Below are positions 12,379 through 23,116 of a stretch of DNA of 64,000 bases, piece after piece. Source of the DNA: Macrostomum lignano (Eukaryota); assembly GCA_002269645.1 (NCBI GenBank), contig NIVC01000143.1:1-64000 (forward strand), given 5' to 3'. A program made the translations under genes and the position numbers. The notes under the pieces are model-generated. The model did no database searches. It worked only from the letters and a program-made list of their open reading frames with translations, and was not told the origin of the DNA. Positions within the stretch are counted from its first letter, which is position 1; every line of letters starts with the position of its first letter.

Positions 12379-13374
12379 GGTAATACGAAATTAATTAGCA
12401 CCTAAACTAGATAGCAGGAAGCTTGGTCGGAAGAAGTCGGGTCTTAAAATTCGAGAGAGACTCCGGTACTTGATTTTAAATAAAATGAATTGGTTCCACT
12501 GCAGTCTAGTCAGAACAGGTAACACACGGGTGGCGTCACAGTAAATCAAACAGAATGCGAAAATATTTATCAGGTAGTTCTCGTTAGTTGGAGAATGTAC
12601 AAACAAAAATAAATTCAGTGGCATCCACTGACTTGGAAAAGTATTAAAAGGGTAGCTGGCTACTTCATATACATTTCCTCTGTACCCTCAATCGTGCGAA
12701 AATTATTTTAGTTGCTCAAGGAGCGAGAAGTAAAGCAACCTGCTTGGTCTTCCTACGGCAACACTTGGTCTTCAGGTACACAAAAAGCGCAGTGAAAACA
12801 TGGTTTTTGAAATTTCAAATCAAGCGATTAATAATAATTGACTTAAGACTTTTGAGCGACAGCATTATTCGTCATGTTCAAAGCGCAAATAACTTTCAGA
12901 ACGGTAGAAGTTAGACTTAGGCAGGCCAGACGACACGATAACCAATACCAAACACGACTAAATATTTGCAAGTCGAGAAGAATTGGATCCATGCTTAACC
13001 CAGCATTTACATGCTCTATGGCATCATCAGTTCTAGCACAAATTGACTGACCATCTCCGGCTGGACTGGGAGTCAACACTGGCACATCAGAGACAGCTTC
13101 ATTATCGAATCAATCTTTGGCAATTGACTCAAGCACCAAATTTAAATCAGAGACCCCATCACTAGACTCCACACATCGCGAGCTGAACTTTGATATATTC
13201 AAATTACACGAGTGCACAAAGAATTGAAGACCAAAAACTCGAAAGGGGGGAATAATGTCAAGATAGGTCAAGCCTAACGACCAACCAATAAAATTGCGAA
13301 GTACACAAAGACATAAAATTGGATTTTAGAAAAAAATACTAGTAAGGCCGTCAGTTCTTGCGGTCTATGCAAGT

Positions 13375-14400
13375 CTAGACTGCAAAAATATTGTAGATCT
13401 CGGAACATTTGTAGTTTATGGCCCAAAAGTTGTCTAGAGCTGCAATGACTTCCTCTTGTGCATCGTCAGCCAGTTTTAGTCGCTTTGAGGACTTATCCGG
13501 ATCGATGATCTTGTCTTTCAAATATTCTGTCCCAAATCGATGGCGCATGAAGTCTCGGGTGAAATAATTCGGGCCTGACAGATTCAGACTCAAAAGACTG
13601 CACTGCTTGCCCTTAAAGGTGCGGATGAAGGAATCGATCCGATCAGGATACAGTCCTTCGAAACGGGAAGCACCTAGATTCCGAGGCAGTTGATTTGTCT
13701 CCTCACTTAATTTGACCAACTTCTTCAGCAGTGAAGTTTGAAGTCGGGATTCCAGTAGTAGCTGCGGATTTGCTTAGTGGAACTTGCTAACTGTTGATGG
13801 CGATGGCTGACTTTGCAGGTTTTCCTTGCCACCATGCACATACCGGTTACTAGCAGAGGATGGCCTGTTGCGTAATGCTGCTAATGGTGACAATTGATTT
13901 GGTAGGTCGTCGCGGCTGTCATGCAGAGTGAACTACTTTAAAGCCGCATCAACACTGGTAGAATGATCAATTATCTGCTTTTTGCTGACTTTGAAGATGA
14001 ACCAAAAGCCCTCTTACATGACTTGAACTTCCGCATCTCTTTGCTTTAAGACAGCAGCAGATAAACAATGGAGTGTTGGATACAATCCAGAACTTTCGCT
14101 AGTAACCTGAGCCTCCTCACCAGAGTCAGATCCACTGGACACCTCACTTTCACCCTCTTCCTTATCTTCAGCATCAAAATCAGGATTAAATGGAGGTGGA
14201 TGTGGACATGACTTTGTCACTGTTTCGATTTTTAAGTTTGTTTAGAATGGCATCGTTATCATTACCTCCTTGTTCAGCAAGGTCGTCAATGAACATGCTG
14301 ACCTTTCCAAATGAATCAATTGAGCCACAGTGCATCACCACACACTCCACTAGATATTACCCTTCTTTCACTTGAAAAAGGCTGCCTCTTTGAAGCAAGG
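13375..14400 (-). pseudogene. Degenerate ORF with BEN-domain-like C-terminus
   Basis: One frame runs from ~14220 to 13375 with a few stops (low-complexity acidic/Ser-rich region then ...YFTRDFMRHRFGTEYLKDKIIDPDKSSKRLKLADDAQEEVIAALDNFW), a pattern like BEN domains. Confidence 0.35.
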
Positions 14401-14639
14401 GGGCGCTTCACAAGGGAGGAGCAGATAGGAGCAATTAAAGGAGAAGTAAAAAAACCTGTACTTACTGAATGAGATCGGGGGCGCCGGCCCAGCGAGAGAT
14501 GGCGCCTAAATAATTGGCGCTGGGAAATTAGCGCCCAGGATGTCGTAGTGTTAACGTAAACGCAAAATCTGACGCTCGCCTTATGGCGCGCGACCGCGCG
14601 GAGGAGGATTTAATTATGAAAATACAATAAGCCTCGAAC

Positions 14640-16322
14640 CTCGAAGACCGTTCGACACGATTACCACATACCGGCAGGGGTCGTCTCCCGTGGCCTGCAC
14701 CGGCGCAGTCTGCTTTGCAATCAAGTGGAAGGTCTTCTCCAGCTGGTCTGGCGTACGGCGGATACTAGGGGCCAGCATGTATTTGGCGAGACAATGGATG
14801 GCATGATCGATCTGAGTGTTCATCTCTCGGGTCACATCGTCGTGCGAGAAAGTTTTTCTAGCTTTAGCTTCAGGCTTGGTGTTCTCCGCCTTGGCTGCCA
14901 TGACGGCTACTGGCCGGCACCACAGCGGGAGCCGGCCTCAACTGCCGCGCGTACCTGCGCTGGCGTGTACTTCTCAGACAGCAGACTGCCGTAGCGCAGG
15001 CAGTACGTCAGCTCATTCCATACGTCTCTCGGGATATTGCTCACCGCTGTGTTCGTAGCGTAGCGGCTCTGGTCCGCCAGCACATGCGTGACATCTTGAC
15101 AAGACTCCGCCCACGTGGTGAGCGTGTCCTCAACTCTAAAATGGCCACGTAGGCGAGCTTTGCCCCATTCCTCGGCGGGCGGCATGGTAAGTCTCCCTTT
15201 TAGGCATTGCTTGAACCACTTCTGGTCTTCGAGATCGTAATCTTCGTCTGCCTCGTACTTGGGCACTGCCTTCTCGGTCGCGACTGTAGTTGCCAGTCAA
15301 AGCATCTGCACGTAGCGCATGAACCGGGCATACTCGATTGGGTCGTGCAGCGTGTCCTTACTCATTTTCTCCATGGTCTTGCGCCACATGACTTCAGGAT
15401 CGATATCTGGAGCCGGGAAGCAGTGGAAAAGGTATGCAAGATCTAGTTTTGCCCTATCCGAGATGTCCAAAGCTTTGACTGCCTCATACCAGTCCAGGTT
15501 GATCACGCCAGATGCTTCGGTCACCAGTAACCTGTGCCGGACCTCACGTTTTACATCTAGCAGCTCTGCGACACCGCTCATTTCATTTTGCAGTATGGCC
15601 AGCTGTTTCTTCATGATCATGGCATAGAATCGCTAGTGGAAGAAGTTGCCGCTGCTCAGGTCTGAGAGCATCGAGCCAAGCAGCTTACGCTTGAGCTGCG
15701 AGAAAGCTGCGCATACGTCTCCTTGGCTAGTTCCTAGGGTTCCGACCAGGCGGTAGCAGCGGCAGTAGGCCTCGGACTGCTCCCAGAAGCGCATTATCGC
15801 TCGGAGGGCTTCAAGGGTACTGTGCTCGAAGACCCACATGACTTTGTCCCTCAGCACGTAGGTATTTCCCATGAACTGCCATACTCGGCAGCCCGGTAAG
15901 ACACCTTGGAAGAAAATATAATCTATTTCGAAGTCGCAAGGGGACAATTGCTCCATCTCTCTCAGCAGTCGCGCATGTGCGTCTCGTACTCTCCCAGGCA
16001 GGCCTCCTAGTAGCAGCTTTTCTGCTGCCTCTGCCATTAGCCATAAGGCCCTATGAGAAGGCTGGTCTAGCCGCTGCACTATTGAACACTCAATAGCTCC
16101 TTGCTGGCTGGCCTGCAAGCCAAAGGCTGAGGCCGTGGTGGCTGCAGCCAGGCTATTGCGAAACCTGCGGATGGCATTGGGCTTCGTGCCGACCTCCAAC
16201 CTGCCTGATTGGGCCATGAGCACGAAATGGTTTACGGCGTCCACGTCGCACCAAATGGCATGTGTATTCTCGAGAATGCCTAAAACGATCTGCGAGATCG
16301 CGAAAACGAAGTCTCGAATTCA
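14640..16322 (-). pseudogene. Endogenous viral element: fragment of a negative-strand RNA virus L protein (RdRp), probably qin-/yue-like Haploviricotina
   Basis: ORFs 15633-16244, 15297-15620 and 14907-15266 share one frame separated by two single stops; one frameshift leads to 14614-14901. The joined ~560 aa contains LAYLFHCFPAPDID (pre-A/GHP-equivalent region), AAKAENTKPEAKARKTFSHDDVTRE (motif F-like K-x-E-x-K...R) and ends at VIVSNGLRGS (motif A-like). Confidence 0.65.
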
Positions 16323-16683
16323 CATCCTTCTGCAGCCTTGAATATGCCGTCGCACACAGGCGTTGATGGCTTCGCCGGGCTGCTGCATGCAGTGCCGGAA
16401 TTCATATCGCACGAATACCGGGTTGTGCCTGTTCTTGAAGTACTCTTTGAGGGCGTCCAGGAGCTCTTCGAGGGTCTTGCCTGGCCTCGTGAGTTCTGCG
16501 TACGCTTCAGCCACCTGAAGCGTAAAGTAGAATCTCTCGTTGTTGACTTGCATCTGTTATGCCGCTTGCAGTCACAAAGCACTTGAATCGGTTGGCCCAT
16601 TCTGCCCACCGTGCTGAGAGGTTGTGTGGCTCTTTCTGAGTATCGAAAGGCTCAGGCGGGGGCAGTTGTAGAGGCACAGACAT
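16313..16683 (-). pseudogene. 5' half of a Gypsy gag (element 3), truncated at the junction with the viral fragment
   Basis: PPPEPFDT...WAEWANRFKCFVTASGITDASQQREILLYASG, then after a frameshift YEFRHCMQQPGEAINACV...GCEFE; typical Gypsy gag N-terminal motifs. Confidence 0.85.
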
Positions 16684-16701
16684 TCCTGCTAGCGATGCCA
16701 A

Positions 16702-16802
16702 TGTAGATTTGTTTTAGGGGTAAGAAAAGGCTTGGCGTTGCGCCTGATAAACAAGAAGCGTGCAAGCTGATTGGCTGCAGAGCGACGGGGGCAGGCATTA
16801 CA
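16702..16802 (-). mobile_element. Short (101-bp) 5' LTR of element 3 with adjacent PBS
   Basis: On the minus strand it reads TGTAATG...AAATCTACA, followed after 1 nt by TGGCATCGC (PBS-like) and gag. Confidence 0.65.
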
Positions 16803-16920
16803 CTTGAGGGTCAGAGAGTTAAACGGTGTACGGCCAACAATTGGCTATTGTCGTTTTTTGTATTGATTTATTTTTTCTATTTAACTTAAAGTAAGTTTCA
16901 ATTTAGTAGCAGCCTAGGGT

Positions 16921-17050
16921 TGTACTCGTAGCCTAGTGGTTAGAGCGTCGGACTCATGACTTTAAGGTCAGGGGTTCGATTCCCGATCCTCTCGGAACGA
17001 TTTGTGTCCTAGAGCAATACAATAACCTCTGCATTGCTTCAGTTCATCGC
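16921..17050 (+). mobile_element. 3'-truncated tRNA-derived SINE (family 1)
   Basis: A box TAGCCTAGTGG, B box GGTTCGATTCC, then TTTGTGTCCTAGAGCAA...TGCTTCAGTTCA as in the 19995 copy. Confidence 0.7.
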
Positions 17051-18720
17051 TTTCAAAAAACAAGGTGATTATGGAAAAGAGCTTTCTAACAAAAAGTAAT
17101 GAAACAAATTTGCGAAAACTGATGCTGCGTAATGAAATTTTGCTACTATTTAACAAGACTCAATTTGGCAGTTCACTAAATTTTACGAAAATGCTTTGCA
17201 CAGAAAAAGCCGAAAGACTAATTGACGGGAAACGACGCAAATTGTTTTAAAGCCAAACAAATGGGACTGTCACGAATTTTTTTTGTTTTAGTGATAATAT
17301 TATGTAGACTACTTTTTCATCATCGTATTTGAGACTTAATTTAAAGTATTAAACCCCTTAAGGAGCTACTAAATTTCTGATTAATATGGCGATCAGAAAC
17401 TTAAATTTGAACTAGTCTCTGCTCACTGCTCAAGCCACAAAACATTTTGTTCAATAAATGACGTACAACTTTCTACGAAGGCTTAAAAAGCAATGGGAGA
17501 GGCAATCTTGGATCTCAGGAATCGCACAAGTGTCCATTGGGGTTCTATCACATATCAGTTGTCCCCCGAGGGTCAAACATTGCAGTAGCAAAAATCTTCA
17601 TTTAACCCTTTGTCAACAAACTGCCTGGCAAATGTAGTTTGATGCCCGTGCAGCTGTGGCTGTGGCAAATGGAATGTCTGTCCGTTCTAACCAAGACATC
17701 GGGGGTTTTCAATGAAGCGTATATAGTCTTTCCACGTGCTTATCATTTCGAAAGTTGTCACTTGCACGACTTAAATTAGAATCTATAACAGATGACAGTC
17801 GCTTGATTTCCGAGTGATATCCAATGATCTCATTTGTTAGGGAATCTATTTTGGCGTCAAGTGTGCTGCTTATCATTGCAAACTCTTGAAAAATGCTCCG
17901 CTGCATGTAAAGCAAACCATGTCGGCTCTTCAACGGGAAATCAATGAGGCTTTTAATCTGCTGATGCATATTATCAAAGGGAGCACCGGGGAAGTCGGCT
18001 CTGTAGGCGTCGGTGCTCTTTCCGATATGCTAGTCAAAAATATTTCTGCTTGGACTTTTTTCAAGGCATTGAAATTGGTGTTTTTAGCACCGTAGAAACG
18101 TTGAAATCAACAGATTGTGCATCCCACGCCGACACCGCCGCAGACACCTACCTCATCGGGAACTGAAGTAGACGAAGCTGATGGAGACCCCTCATTTCTC
18201 CATTTCTCCAATTTCAAAAGCTTTTGAAAAAGTTCAGACAGGTGTACATCCCTATTCCCTTTGTGCGTATGAGTGTGACTGTGTACTGTATCCGTGTGTG
18301 TGCCCAGGGAAGACGGCGTCATGGGAAATCCTGCCCTACCGCCGGTTGTAGGACGAGGATGGAGTGATTCTTGGCGAGAAGATTGGCGAGGACACGCCAA
18401 TGGCTTTGCGCTAGCAAGTCTGTAGTCCCCTGCGAATAAAAATATAGACTAGTGGGTTCCGAGTTCCCGATGTCCTAAGGTATGAATCGGATAGCGTGAT
18501 TATTTTTCACAACAATTGATAAATCAAAACCATTGCAGCATCTATATAGAAAAATACCTATAATATAAAACCCCAGTACTTTCTCCAGTAATTAGCATGA
18601 AGATTCGATGGGTTAAATTAATTACTGCCACTAAAACGTCATGTACCATCTGCCGGGCGAGAATTAGTTGGATACTTGGACCCCTTGATTTCTTTTCTCT
18701 TACAGAAAAGGTCAATGAGA

Positions 18721-19032
18721 ATTACCCCCCGTCGAAACGCCCCCCCCCCGAAATTCTCCTCCCGAAAATCTGCCCCCCCGCGAAATTCTCCAACCCCAAG
18801 AATCACTCCTCCCCGTAAGAACTAGCTGTCCCCGTGAAAATCAGGCCCAAAAGATTCCCCCCACAAGAATAGCCTCCCCTGAGAGGAGCGATTCTCGGGG
18901 GCAAGAAAATTTTGGTGGGGGTCTTTGTCGAAGTATTCTCCGGGGGGGATTTCGGGGGGCAATTTTTTGGGGGGGGGGAGATTCTCCGGGGGTGATTGTC
19001 GCGGGAGGAGTTTCTCCGGGGTGCTAGGGTAA
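18721..19032. mobile_element. Foldback/MITE-like element with C-rich left arm and G-rich right arm
   Basis: Arms are built of short AATTCTCCCCC-like subrepeats in inverted orientation; a related inverted arm lies at ~8045-8136. Confidence 0.45.
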
Positions 19033-19994
19033 CACAAATTAATCAGGAGTCTCGCATGCAAGCCAGGATAAGGCAGACTTTAGAGGTTGTAATTCGGCCT
19101 AGATCGTTGTATATTAAGATTTGATATTTTACCTACCAATAGGAATGAAATGACCATCTATTTAAAAAGTAGCTATTCTAACGCTTTGTAAGTATTTAAA
19201 GGCGACTTAAGTTACGCTTTTATAAGCCATAAAAAATTCTTTGCCTGAGAAAGGCTAATGCGCAGCTCATACTACTGAGTAGTATTCTGCATACATGTGG
19301 GTCGCCAATTAGGCTAACAGTCGAGTGCCTGGCGACCCGGAGGATTACCCGAACCGTTTTAGTACCCGGGCGCCACCAGGCGGGATAACCTCTGATTAAG
19401 CGACCCTTTGGTGACCATGTCAAATCATTGATATTTCACTTGCTTAACCCCGAACTAAACATTAAACAGCCCGTTTTGAGTCATTTGTAGTACATTATAG
19501 TAACAGAAAAAAAGTTTCAACCCAAAATACGACGGACAGCCGTCGCAACTTCGTCGCTGCGACCATTTTTTCCTATCCGGTTGCTTTGTTCTTATTGGTG
19601 ACGCAGCCTGAGCTCTGCAGCTTGTCGAGAAATTGGGATGTGTCGGGTCTACGAGTATAAGCTCGCGATAAAATACCTTCGCGACTTCTCCATTCAGACC
19701 GGCCTGTTTTGTCTCTTTACTCATTTCCTTTGATGGTAAAACATTCGTATTCGATTTGTTTGGTACTGTGACTTCTTGTACTTTCGTTACAAAAAATGAA
19801 TATATCAAGCTATGTCGACAGTACGGGCATCACGGGCGCCTTTTAAAAATTCTTCACTGGGTATAAAAACGCTTTATCATAACACTGTTAAACAACATTA
19901 CTCAGGAAACTAAGAAAATATACACTCATTGAAGCAATGACTAGTCATTAAAAACAATGACGAAAGCTTTTGAACAAAAAAAACTACTTCCAAA

Positions 19995-20262
19995 GCTAGT
20001 GGTTGTAGCCTAATGGTTAGAGCATCGGACTCACGACTGATCAGAGGTCGGAGGTTCGATTCTCGTCCCACTCAGAACACTTTGTGTCCTTGAGCAAGAC
20101 ACTCAACTCTGCTTTGCTTCAGTTCACCCGATACCCAGCTATAAAATGGGTGCCAGCATTAGATGGGGTAATTCAGGGTGTGTGGCGACCTTACATTCCT
20201 TAGACTGAACAGCCGTTCGCAGCCTTCAGATGCGCCGCGCAATAGCTGCGGTAGCTGATGTA
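19995..20262 (+). mobile_element. Most complete copy of tRNA-derived CORE-like SINE (family 1)
   Basis: tRNA-like head (A box TAGCCTAATGG, B box GGTTCGATTC), central TGTGTCCTTGAGCAAGACACT...CTTCAGTT...TAAAATGGG resembling the MIR/CORE domain, and shared 3' tail. Confidence 0.8.
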
Positions 20263-20384
20263 GTCAATTGTTATAATTAAAATAAAGACAATCTATGAAA
20301 ACTTAAGAAAGCGGAGACAATGCAGACAATGCAAACAGTTGCTGATAATCCCAAACTATCCACAAACTCCCCGGGCACTCACAG

Positions 20385-22060
20385 ACTAGCGAGCAGCAGT
20401 TGGCATCGGCCTGTCACGAGTTGTCAGAAATTTGCCGACTACTCAGCGAAGCTGGCGAACTCTCAGGCACGCATCCGGATCTGTCCGAAGCGGATCAGAC
20501 GATTGGCAATTCTGCCGCCGCTGCAGCCGCCCCGGCAGCGGCGGCGGTGGCCCGTCTGTTACTGGAACGGGCGCGCCTGCTGGACTCTCGCGATGCCAAA
20601 GTCGCTTCGCTGGCCGATCGACTGACAGCCGAGAAGCAGCGCTACGTGCAGGACGTTGCCGAGCTTGAGGACCGGCTTGCCGAGCGGGAACGGGCGCTGG
20701 AGCAGCAAGAGGCCCGGCTTCATGAGCTGCATGCCAAGCTGGACTTGCAAGCTAAGGTTTGTGATAGGGTTTGGGTGTCTAATCTGTGTGGTTCAGGTTT
20801 ATCTCGTTGAGTCTCATCCCTCATCCCCTAAATGTTATCCCTCATCCCTAAATATTATCCCTCATCCCCTGAATCCCATCCTTCATCTCCTGAATATCAT
20901 CCCTCATCCCTTGAATCTCATCCTTTATCCCCTGAATCTTATCCCTCATCCACTGAATCTCATTCTTCATCCTATGAATCTCATCCCTCATGCCCTGAAT
21001 CTTATCCCTCATCCACTGAATCTCATTCTTCATCCCATGAATCTCATCCCTCATGCCCTGAATCTTATCCCTCATCCCCTGAATCTCATTCTTTATCCCC
21101 TGAATCTCATCCCTCATCCCCTGAATCTCATTCTTCATCCCCTGAATCTTATCCTTCATCCTCTGAATCTTATCCCTCATCCCCTGAATCTCATTCTTCA
21201 TCCCCTGAATATTATCCCTCATCCCCTGAATCTTATCCCTCGACCACTGAATCTCATCTTTCATCCCCTGAATCTTATTCCTCATTCCCTGAATCTCATC
21301 CTTCATCCCATGAATCTCATCCCTCATCCCATGAATCTCATCCCTCATCCCCTGAATCTCATCCCTCATCCCATGAATCTCATCCCTCATCCCCTGAATC
21401 TCATCCCTCATCCCTTGAATCTCATCCCTCATCCCCTGAATCCCATCCCTCATCCCCTGAATCTCATCCCTCATCCCCTGAATCTCATCCCTTATCCCCT
21501 AACTCTAAGGGTATTCCGCTCCCCAAGCGCAGGTGCAAGCGGACCTCAGCGGCACCCGAGCAGCTCTGGACACGGCCAAGCGCCGGCTCAGCGAAGAGAG
21601 CACCCGTCGGGTACGCGCAGAGTCTCGCGCCAGTCGCATTGGCGAGTCCAACGGCGAGTCGACCGCGACCTCTTCAGCAGCAGCGACGCCCGATTTGCAA
21701 TCAAATTATAATCGCCTTCGAGAAAAGTACACCAGATTGAAGCAAAAGTACAGCTTAGACAGGGAATCTTGGCGCCATAGGGAACAGCTGGCCGCTGTGC
21801 AGTTCGAATCCCAGTTGGGGGAAGCCAGATCTACTCATAAACTGTTGCTAGACGGAGAGAGGTCATTGCGGACCAGACTGCAGGCTGACTGTAAAGATTT
21901 GTCTAGTCGTATTCGCGAGATTACAGCGAGATTAGCCGAATCTGAGGCTGCATTTGCCGATTCAAAAGATCGCTGCGAACTGATGGAGCATCGAGTTGAT
22001 CATTTGGAAGCTGAGATTAATCGGTTGAGAAGTCTGGCTAAACGTGATGGAGCCTTGTGA
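20385..22060 (+). CDS. Coiled-coil protein, exons 20385-20756 and 21533-22060
   Basis: Acceptor CACAG|ACT, donor AAG|GT at 20756/7 and acceptor GCAG|GTG at 21532/3 join in phase 0; long heptad-rich L/E/R/Q sequence. No family recognised. Confidence 0.7.
20810..21500. repeat. Intronic 21-bp minisatellite (CCCCTGAATCTCATCCCTCAT), ~32 copies
   Basis: Tandem units; it explains the overlapping HPLNLIP, SPESHPS and MRDEIQG ORFs. Confidence 0.95.
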
Positions 22061-22677
22061 CTTGGTCACTGTTGTCGGGGATCTGACTATAAAACAATCA
22101 ATGATAATGACACTTGGTTAACATCTGAAAGTATTACAGTATTCTGTAGTAGACACTCTTGCCATTACATTTTCTTATTCTAAACCAGAAGGGTGATACA
22201 ATGTTTTAAAAGACTTCCTTGACTGTAAGTGTATTCTAGATTGATTTTTAATTTAGAAGGCTAGTCTTCTACTATAATTATTCTTGCTTCAATGAAAGCG
22301 TGACCTGTATTAAAGCTTTACAAAACTCTTATTAACATTCCATTTCTCATTGTCTTGCATGACAAAAGTGACTCTTTTTCTAAAGTGTCATTTCAGTTAA
22401 TTAAAACCTCATCCGGTTGGTGCTTCTCTGGCTTTTGCTTTGGTTACTTTTTGTACTATCAAGTCTGATGGCACTGCGGATTGCTTTAGCTCGAAATATT
22501 GTGTTTGATTTTTCCAAGCTCAACTTTCAATCTCGCTTACACTTATGATGATTTCATCTTGGTTTTAAAGATTACGGAGATAAATTGCGTATTAAAGTTG
22601 TTAACCTTTTAAAGTACTGATTTTGTTAATTAATTTGGTATTGTGCTACGATTAGGATACCTTGGTGAGTCACCATC

Positions 22678-23032
22678 TTCCAGATACCTAGTTTCTAGGC
22701 TAGCCTCCCAGATCCCCAGTTGCTGGGCCAGCCTCCCAGATCCTCAGTTGCTGGGCCAGCCTCCCAGATCCTCATCAGTCGCTGGGCCAGCCTCCCAGAT
22801 CCTCGTTGCTGGGCCACCAGCCTCCCAGATCCTCAGTTGCTGGGCCAGCCTTCCAGATCCTCAGTTGCTAGGCCAGCCTCCCAGATCCTCAATTGCTGGG
22901 CCAGCCTCCCAGATCCCCAGTTGCTGGGCCACCAGCCTCCCAGATCCTCAGTTTCTGGGCCACCAACCTCCCAGTGTCAGTTGCTGGGCCAGCCTCCCAG
23001 ATCCTCAGTTGCTGGGCCAGCCTCCCAGATCT
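22678..23032. repeat. 28-bp minisatellite (CCCAGATCCTCAGTTGCTGGGCCAGCCT), ~12 copies
   Basis: Tandem units ending ~85 bp before the APP-like ATG. Confidence 0.92.
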
Positions 23033-23116
23033 AAGTGATTATAACAGTCCTAAGTAAACTCCTAACTACTATTCAGTTAATCAATTAATTATCTAATTTT
23101 ATGAACTGTTGCTGCC

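Noticed and set aside
14541-14626. Matching 3' LTR for the gag-virus chimera (a TG...CA-bounded 86-bp stretch)
   Set aside because: No sequence similarity to the 16702-16802 LTR, no clear PPT and no TSD; the element appears to lack a cognate 3' LTR.
17709-18400. Minus-strand ORFs as LINE ORF1 or a host gene
   Set aside because: Only a weak coiled-coil-like stretch; no recognisable motif or consistent splice structure.
16921-20075. tRNA genes (Met/Val-like) at ~16925 and ~20001
   Set aside because: The acceptor stem and anticodon arm do not pair properly, the two copies differ at the anticodon, and both continue into the shared SINE body.
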